Below, piece by piece: positions 1-4,956 of a stretch of DNA of 5,004 nt. This DNA is from Prasinococcaceae sp. CCMP 1430. Taxonomy: Eukaryota; Plantae; Prasinodermophyta. A program made the position numbers and the translations under genes. The DNA lies in NCBI GenBank assembly GCA_013416795.1, contig RQSC01001323.1, forward strand, positions 1 through 5,004, in the 5' to 3' direction. Under the pieces are notes generated by a model. It was not told the origin of the DNA and made no database searches. It saw nothing but the letters and a program-made list of their open reading frames with translations. Every line of letters begins with the position of its first letter. Position 1 is the first letter of the stretch.

Positions 1-51
1 GAGTTCTGGTTTCTTGAGCCAGACCAGATCACCAGGTTCATACTGAACAGC
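1..51 (-). other. In-frame continuation of integrase beyond the TAA stop: start of a GPY/F-like C-terminal module (truncated by window edge)
   Basis: After TAA (54..52) the same frame reads GCT GTT CAG TAT GAA CCT GGT GAT CTG GTC TGG CTC AAG AAA CCA GAA CTC = AVQYEPGDLVWLKKPEL. This matches the (F/Y)xxGDxV(W/L)L opening of the GPY/F module of Ty3/Gypsy integrases. Confidence 0.8.
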
Positions 52-3000
52 TTAAGGATTCTTGCCCTTGTTAAAATTCCTCTGGTTTTGAGTCACAGTT
101 GTCTGTTTGAGTCTGTTTAAGAGAGTGCTAGCTTGAGATAGTCTATATTGGATCAACTTAGCATAACTCTCTGGGCTATATTCCTTCACCTCAGAAGGAT
201 GCATATGGATGAAGTTTCTATCCTGTGGGAGTACAGCATGCCTGCCATACTGGAGATAGAAAGGTGTCAGCTCAGTATCTTTGATAGGAGCTGTATTGTG
301 AGCAAATACAGCATAATGCAAGAACTTGTCCCAGTCATTAGACTTATCATTGCAATAAGTCTTTAGGATTTCTTTGACAGTCTTGTTAGCTCTCTCCACT
401 TGAGCTTGAGAGTTGGGGTTGTAGGGGACTCCAACTCTATGCTTGACTTGGAGAGCAGCAAAGGACTCCTTCAAAAGTTTGGAATTGAAGGGTGGTCCAA
501 AGTCTGTCTGAAACACAGAAGGTGTTCCATGCTTCAGCAAAATCCTTTCAACAAGGATCTTCATGAAGCCAAACTTGCTTATGCTTCTGACTGGGAAAGC
601 TTCTATATAGTTGGTTGCCCTGTCAACAAACATCAAGAGATATTTGTTGCCTAGAGTTGATTTGGGCAACTCCATATAGTCTATATCTACTGTGTGCCAA
701 GGCTCTAAAATTATTCTACTGCCCAAAGGTGCTGGATGGATTTTGGGCATTTTGCTTTCTTGGCAGACATGACAGTGCTTCACTGCCTTGGTTACTGCCT
801 TTCTTAAGCCTGGCAAATAGAATCTGGACTGCATTAGCTGATAAGTCTTTCTGATACCCAAGTGACCTCTTGTTGGATGGTTATGATACATGGCAACAAG
901 CTCTGGCATAAAGTCATCAGTGATGACTAATTTGCCTTTATAGAAAAGGTCAGAGCCTTCTGTATGCCATGGGTGAGGGATAAGGGCTTCCTCACTTTCC
1001 AACAGGAGTTTGTACTCAGGCACTTGTCTTATAGCTCCTCTTAGTCTCTCATAGAAGTCTGGAGAGAGACTGGAACTGTACTCTGGCTTACTCTCTGCTT
1101 GGCTAGCATTGACTTCTTCCTGTTCTTGATGCATAATATGCATCAAGTCTGCTGGGCCATCTTCTTCATACTTGAGTCTGGTCTGATGCTCTTCTGGCAG
1201 TTCTATCCTGCTCAGTGCATCAGGGACTACATTGGACACTCCTGGCCTATGCTTATACTCAAAGTCATACTCAGACAGCAGGACTTGCCATCTGGCTAAT
1301 CTGGCATTCTTCATCAGTCTTTCATTGTGAAAGACACTCAAAGGGTTGTGGTCACCCTGAACCTGGAACTTCTTCCCCAGAAGATAGCATCGCCAAAGGT
1401 CAACAAAGTGAACCATGGCAAAGCATTCCTTTTCTGGAGTGCTCCAGTTTACTTGTCCTGCTTGCAAGGTGGCTGAACCAAAACAAATTGGTTTTACTTT
1501 GCCATCCTCTTCCTTTTGCAGCAGAACAGCACCTATTGCCGTTTTGCTTGCATCTACCTGCAGGATGAAAGGCTTGTTGAAGTCAGGATGACTCAACAAA
1601 GGTAGATCAGCAAGGGCCTTTTTCAAGGCATCAAAGGCATTTTGGTGTGCTGGGTCTTTGAACCACATGACCCTGAAGTCATGGTCTGAGATCTCTCCTT
1701 TCTTCAACTCATTTAGAGGAGAAGAGATTTGAGCAAAATTCCTGATGAACTTTCTGAACCAACCTGCTGTGGACAGAAAGCTGATCAGGTTCTTCTGATC
1801 TCTTGGTGTTGGCCAGTTAGCAACTACTTTGGCTTTATCAGGATCTGCTTTGATCCCATCTGAGCAAACTCTATGGCCTAAGATGGAGATTTCTTTTTTG
1901 AACATGGCACATTTCTTTGCCTTCAGAAATACTCCATATTTATCAAATCTGTCAAAGACTTGCTGAAGGTCTTTGAAGTGTTGATCTAGATCTGGTGAAT
2001 AGATGGTTATGTCATCTATATACACCAGAGCTATATGCCATGTGAGGCCAGCAAGGACTATGTCCATATTCTTCTGGAAGAAGGGTGGAGAGTTCCTCAG
2101 TCCCATAGGCAGGACATTCCACTCATATGAGCCATCAGGAGTTATAAACCCAGTTTTGTGTTTATGCTCCTCTTTGACAGTCACATGATGGAATCCAGAG
2201 GACATATCAAAGGTTGAGAAGACCTTTGCTCCTTGGAGACATCCCAGATAGTCATCTATCCTTGGGATGGGATAAGCCATGGGGATTGTGACTTGATTAA
2301 GCTTTCTATAGTCATAGACCAGTCTGGGTGAGCCATCTTTCTTTCTGGCTATGATGGCTGGGGCTGCATAAGGCCCTGTTGCTGGTCTAATCAATCCCCT
2401 GGCTAAGAGCTGCTCATTTTGCTCCTTATGTATCTCCTTCTCAGCAGGACTGCACCTGTAGGGTGGTTTGCTGGGAGGAGTAACATTTGGGAGGGTCTCC
2501 AGGACAAATTCCAAAGGCAGCTTGCCTACCTCTGAAACATGAAAGTCCTCCTTAAACCTTTTCCTGTTATTCCACAGAAAGTCCAAGGCTTTCTGTTTCT
2601 TTTCTTCTGTGTCCAGCACCTCTGGATCCATTTTGATTACTGCCTTAATCTTAGCATAGACTGGGTCAGCTTCTCTGTCCTCAGTCTTGCTAGGCTCTTC
2701 ACTGTTAGGGACTGAGTCTTTCACACCACCAAATGTCAATACCAGGTGATGGAGAGTCTCATCTTCTTTCTTATCAAAAGGCACTACATAAAATAAGGGA
2801 TGGTTGGCTGGCAAAAGGATGGGAGTTGGGTGGCAGTTCAAGACTTCTATTGTTGTGTACCCTTCCTGTAATCCCACACAGCCCTCTTTGGGAGTGTGTA
2901 GACCATAAGGCCAATTTCTGGTTGGCCTTATAAGGTACTCAGAATCAGGAAGGTATTTGTCAGTCTTGACTGGGATATGCAGAAAGGAATAGGGTGGGAT

Positions 3001-3771
3001 TTGGCAGGGTTTCTCTAACTGCAAGTGGGCAGTCAGATTTGTCTTAACTTCTTTCTTTGTCAAGTTGAGCAATGGCACTGTGCCATGCTCTGTTGTCAAA
3101 TAGTTATGTTTCCAGTTAATTCCTGTTGTGTACTGTTGAAGGAAATCATTGCCTAAAATCATGTCATATGGAAGTCCATTCAGGATTTTAGCCCTGATTG
3201 GAGTGTCCAAATGATCAAGCTGAAGATTAGGCATGAAGACCTCATGAGTCAGTGTTAATCTAGAGTCAATTGTCTTGATAACCTGATGAGGGTTCAGCTC
3301 AGATTGTAATTCTGGCCAAACTCTTGCCAACTCAGGTGTAATCAAGGTACAAGTGGCTCCAGGATCAACAAGTCCTGTTAGCTCTTGGTCTTCACAGTTA
3401 AGTTTCACAAAGTGAAGTTTTCCTGTTGTCTTGGTCAAAAATAAGTACTGGTCTGGCAATGTCAGCACAGTGTGTACAGTCTTTGTCAGAGTCGTTGTTG
3501 GTGTTTCTATTATTGTGCTTCTAGCTACTGTCCTATTGTCTTGTTTAACCCTATAAATATAGAGTGTTGTTTGAGTCTGTGAGTCTTTCTTTACTATTGT
3601 CTTAGGTACAGGTATGTTATAAGTCAATGTTGCTGCAGGTTTTGGGGGTGTTAGAGTCACCACACAGTCCAACACCCTCTTTAGTTTGAAGGCTTCTTGG
3701 AGAATTTTCCAGGATTCCTTTGCTTGAAATCCAGGAAATCTTGAGCCATGCCCTTGATGATAGGACAGGTC
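52..3771 (-). CDS. pol: Pol polyprotein (PR, dUTPase-like spacer, RT, RNase H, IN), probably expressed as a Gag-Pol fusion by -1 frameshifting
   Basis: The frame is open from 3771 (after TGA at 3774..3772) to TAA at 54..52 and overlaps gag by 91 nt in the -1 frame. The tracked start at 3675 is GTG. The first in-frame ATG (Met148) lies downstream of the protease catalytic Asp104, so independent AUG initiation would not give an active protease. Confidence 0.93.
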   Translation of the reverse strand, partial: DLSYHQGHGSRFPGFQAKESWKILQEAFKLKRVLDCVVTLTPPKPAATLTYNIPVPKTIVKKDSQTQTTLYIYRVKQDNRTVARSTIIETPTTTLTKTVHTVLTLPDQYLFLTKTTGKLHFVKLNCEDQELTGLVDPGATCTLITPELARVWPELQSELNPHQVIKTIDSRLTLTHEVFMPNLQLDHLDTPIRAKILNGLPYDMILGNDFLQQYTTGINWKHNYLTTEHGTVPLLNLTKKEVKTNLTAHLQLEKPCQIPPYSFLHIPVKTDKYLPDSEYLIRPTRNWPYGLHTPKEGCVGLQEGYTTIEVLNCHPTPILLPANHPLFYVVPFDKKEDETLHHLVLTFGGVKDSVPNSEEPSKTEDREADPVYAKIKAVIKMDPEVLDTEEKKQKALDFLWNNRKRFKEDFHVSEVGKLPLEFVLETLPNVTPPSKPPYRCSPAEKEIHKEQNEQLLARGLIRPATGPYAAPAIIARKKDGSPRLVYDYRKLNQVTIPMAYPIPRIDDYLGCLQGAKVFSTFDMSSGFHHVTVKEEHKHKTGFITPDGSYEWNVLPMGLRNSPPFFQKNMDIVLAGLTWHIALVYIDDITIYSPDLDQHFKDLQQVFDRFDKYGVFLKAKKCAMFKKEISILGHRVCSDGIKADPDKAKVVANWPTPRDQKNLISFLSTAGWFRKFIRNFAQISSPLNELKKGEISDHDFRVMWFKDPAHQNAFDALKKALADLPLLSHPDFNKPFILQVDASKTAIGAVLLQKEEDGKVKPICFGSATLQAGQVNWSTPEKECFAMVHFVDLWRCYLLGKKFQVQGDHNPLSVFHNERLMKNARLARWQVLLSEYDFEYKHRPGVSNVVPDALSRIELPEEHQTRLKYEEDGPADLMHIMHQEQEEVNASQAESKPEYSSSLSPDFYERLRGAIRQVPEYKLLLESEEALIPHPWHTEGSDLFYKGKLVITDDFMPELVAMYHNHPTRGHLGIRKTYQLMQSRFYLPGLRKAVTKAVKHCHVCQESKMPKIHPAPLGSRIILEPWHTVDIDYMELPKSTLGNKYLLMFVDRATNYIEAFPVRSISKFGFMKILVERILLKHGTPSVFQTDFGPPFNSKLLKESFAALQVKHRVGVPYNPNSQAQVERANKTVKEILKTYCNDKSNDWDKFLHYAVFAHNTAPIKDTELTPFYLQYGRHAVLPQDRNFIHMHPSEVKEYSPESYAKLIQYRLSQASTLLNRLKQTTVTQNQRNFNKGKNP
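55..885 (-). other. Integrase: HHCC zinc-binding domain and DDE core
   Basis: H931-x6-H938-x29-C968-x2-C971 (885..763). D999 (681..679), D1058 (504..502) and E1094 (396..394), with exactly 35 residues between the second D and the E. WDKFL, HNT and TPFYLQYGR follow. Confidence 0.95.
1204..1572 (-). other. Ribonuclease H domain (boundaries approximate)
   Basis: PFILQVDAS, WSTPEKECFA, QGDHNPL, RLARW and NVVPDALSR supply the D-E-D-D catalytic set (Pol D708, E750, D775, D819). Confidence 0.93.
1870..2466 (-). other. Reverse transcriptase domain (boundaries approximate)
   Basis: Catalytic YIDD at 2022..2011. Also FSTFDMSSG, EWNVLPMGLRNSPPFFQ and KC...ILGH. Confidence 0.97.
2776..3030 (-). other. 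Degenerate dUTPase-like spacer domain between PR and RT (boundaries approximate)
   Basis: The pattern IPP..(x)..IPV, YLIRP..GL, GCV..G...IEVLN, PILLP...L has the spacing of a trimeric dUTPase fold. The catalytic motifs (RS, IDxDY, AQ, Gly-rich motif 5) are absent. Recognised by eye only. Confidence 0.5.
3076..3414 (-). other. Retropepsin-type aspartic protease domain of Pol (boundaries approximate)
   Basis: GLVDPGATCTLI (DPG at 3366..3358) and downstream DMILGNDFL match the D(T/S)G and ILGxDFL motifs of retroelement proteases. Confidence 0.85.
3646..3690 (-). promoter_or_regulatory. Candidate -1 programmed ribosomal frameshift signal (gag-pol)
   Basis: Heptamer U_UCA_AAC (3690..3684), 6-nt spacer UAAAGA, then stem GGGUGUUGGA (3677..3668) / UCUAACACCC (3655..3646) with 10 bp including one G-U, and a 12-nt loop. 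Confidence 0.7.
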
Positions 3772-4718
3772 TCAATCTTGCATGTGTTGCTCATGTGGAT
3801 AGGGCACACATCAGCAGCAAATTTCTGTTGCTGGATGTATGGGTACCACTTTAGCAACTCTGCACACTCCAAGGTGTTGTGAGTCTTGGACTTGTGGATG
3901 TGACAGAACTTTCCACTGCTTGGAGTGTTCTGTTGTGTGGTCACTGGAGGCTTGCCAGTGGGCTTGGGAACAAAATGAACTTGTTCCTCTTCATCAGAGT
4001 AGGCATAAGCCCTCTGATATCTGTTCTGAGACTGATTCTTGTCTAGCTTCTTCTCAAGCTCTTCCATTTTGGAAAGGAGAAGCTTGAGATCCTTGTTCTC
4101 ACCATTGGAGCCTGAGATGCTATTCTCAAGTCTCAGATGAGTTTGCCTGTCAGTCAGTCTGTCTCTAATATCTGCCATATTGGCAGGTACCAAGCCTCTA
4201 GTGGCTTTCAGATACTCAGTTGAGAGACAGGGCTTGAGTTCTGAGAGCACTTGGGCTGGTGTGTTGAGACCAAGGATTTGACATTTTCTGAAGAATTTGT
4301 CAAACCACAGCCCAACATCTTCTGGCTCCTTATATTTCATTTGAGCCAGTTTCTGTTTTTCTAACTGCAGTCTATCTGCAGTGTTGAAGGCAGCAACAAG
4401 TGCTGTCTTGCAGGCATTCCAGTCAGCCCATCCATTACCTTTAATATCATTAAATCTGGAGCTGAGATCTGTAATGAAATGTTTCCCTATATGATTAGTG
4501 ATTTGTGCCTCAGGGAAATCATGGTTCTTGTAAGTAGTTTCTACTTCATGTAGAAACTCAATTATATTCCTAGGGTCATTCAACCCTTGGAATGGTGGGA
4601 TGCTGGTGATGGTAGTAGTACTCTTTAATGCTTGTGTTAAAGCATTAGGAAGAGTATTCTGGTAATTAGCAGTAAGTGCTTGGACTTGCTGCTGAAGTTG
4701 CTGTACTAAGGCTTCCAT
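3681..4718 (-). CDS. gag: Gag polyprotein (capsid-like domain plus two Cys/His knuckles), 345 aa; true start may lie further upstream
   Basis: ATG at 4718 and TAA at 3683..3681. IPPFQG...IIEFLHEVE resembles the PxFxG...Fl motif of Ty3/Gypsy capsid N-terminal regions. MKYKEPEDVGLWFDKF resembles the major homology region. Two Cys/His motifs with 2-4-4 spacing lie near the C-terminus. The ORF sits directly upstream of pol. Confidence 0.88.
   Translation of the reverse strand: MEALVQQLQQQVQALTANYQNTLPNALTQALKSTTTITSIPPFQGLNDPRNIIEFLHEVETTYKNHDFPEAQITNHIGKHFITDLSSRFNDIKGNGWADWNACKTALVAAFNTADRLQLEKQKLAQMKYKEPEDVGLWFDKFFRKCQILGLNTPAQVLSELKPCLSTEYLKATRGLVPANMADIRDRLTDRQTHLRLENSISGSNGENKDLKLLLSKMEELEKKLDKNQSQNRYQRAYAYSDEEEQVHFVPKPTGKPPVTTQQNTPSSGKFCHIHKSKTHNTLECAELLKWYPYIQQQKFAADVCPIHMSNTCKIETCPIIKGMAQDFLDFKQRNPGKFSKKPSN
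3765..3905 (-). other. Two variant zinc-knuckle motifs in the Gag nucleocapsid region
   Basis: CHIHKSKTHNTLEC (C-x2-H-x4-H-x4-C, 3905..3864) and CPIHMSNTCKIETC (C-x2-H-x4-C-x4-C, 3806..3765). Confidence 0.75.
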
Positions 4719-4836
4719 TTTTTCTTGCTGTTGTCGCTGTTTTTTCTTACTAGGTTGTGGTTGCTGTGGCTGATAAACTTTGGATGAACGGAGTTGTATC
4801 TCTTATGAGAGACTAGGCTTAACTGCTAGGACTGAT

Positions 4837-4914
4837 CTTCAAGGGCTATTTTGTTGTGCTATTTGAGGGCAGTGTGTGTCACTTGGGCAGAGTGAGCACA
4901 CTTCTAGGGCTATT
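4837..4914. repeat. 14-nt direct repeat, one mismatch
   Basis: cttcaagggctatt (4837..4850) and cttctagggctatt (4901..4914). Confidence 0.7.
4871..4902 (-). other. Predicted RNA stem-loop in the putative leader
   Basis: The minus strand reads AGTGTG-C-TCACT-CTGCCCA-AGTGA-CA-CACACT: 6 bp plus 5 bp around a small internal loop, with a 7-nt terminal loop. Confidence 0.55.
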
Positions 4915-4956
4915 CATCTCAAGGCTGGGCTAGGCAATTTTTCAGGACTCGAGCGA

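Noticed and set aside
52-54. Alternative genetic code (TAA = Gln, ciliate-type) to explain the stop in integrase
   Set aside because: No other in-frame TAA/TAG occurs in over 1500 codons rich in Gln (all CAA/CAG), and gag itself appears to end at TAA.
1870-2466. Bacterial RT system (retron, group II intron, DGR, CRISPR-RT) or non-LTR element
   Set aside because: The RT is embedded in a PR-RT-RH-IN polyprotein with an upstream gag, which is diagnostic of LTR retroelements. There is no maturase, endonuclease or array context.
3551-3562. CTATAAATATAG, a TATA-box-like and near-palindromic motif on the + strand (possible antisense promoter)
   Set aside because: It is fully explained by the codons for LYIYR in an AT-rich stretch, and no other promoter evidence is visible.
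3673-3675. GTG start of pol given by the ORF track
   Set aside because: This is a eukaryotic-type element and the frame is open a further 96 nt upstream with no stop. GTG here is most simply a Val codon inside the frameshift product.
3657-3683. Readthrough of the gag TAA as the route to Pol
   Set aside because: Pol is in the -1 frame. In-frame readthrough gives only RGCWTVW before a TGA at 3659..3657.
3726-3732. Alternative slippery heptamer G_GAU_UUC in the gag/pol overlap
   Set aside because: It is correctly phased and of a type used by insect-specific flaviviruses (G_GAU_UUY), but only a weak ~5-bp stem follows at the right distance. The strong stem starts about 48 nt later. Kept as a secondary candidate only.
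148-4087. Nine short + strand ORFs (61-117 aa) antisense to gag/pol
   Set aside because: They lie entirely opposite strongly conserved coding sequence and show no recognisable motifs. Several (148, 400, 1099) are in exact codon register with pol, as expected for shadow ORFs.
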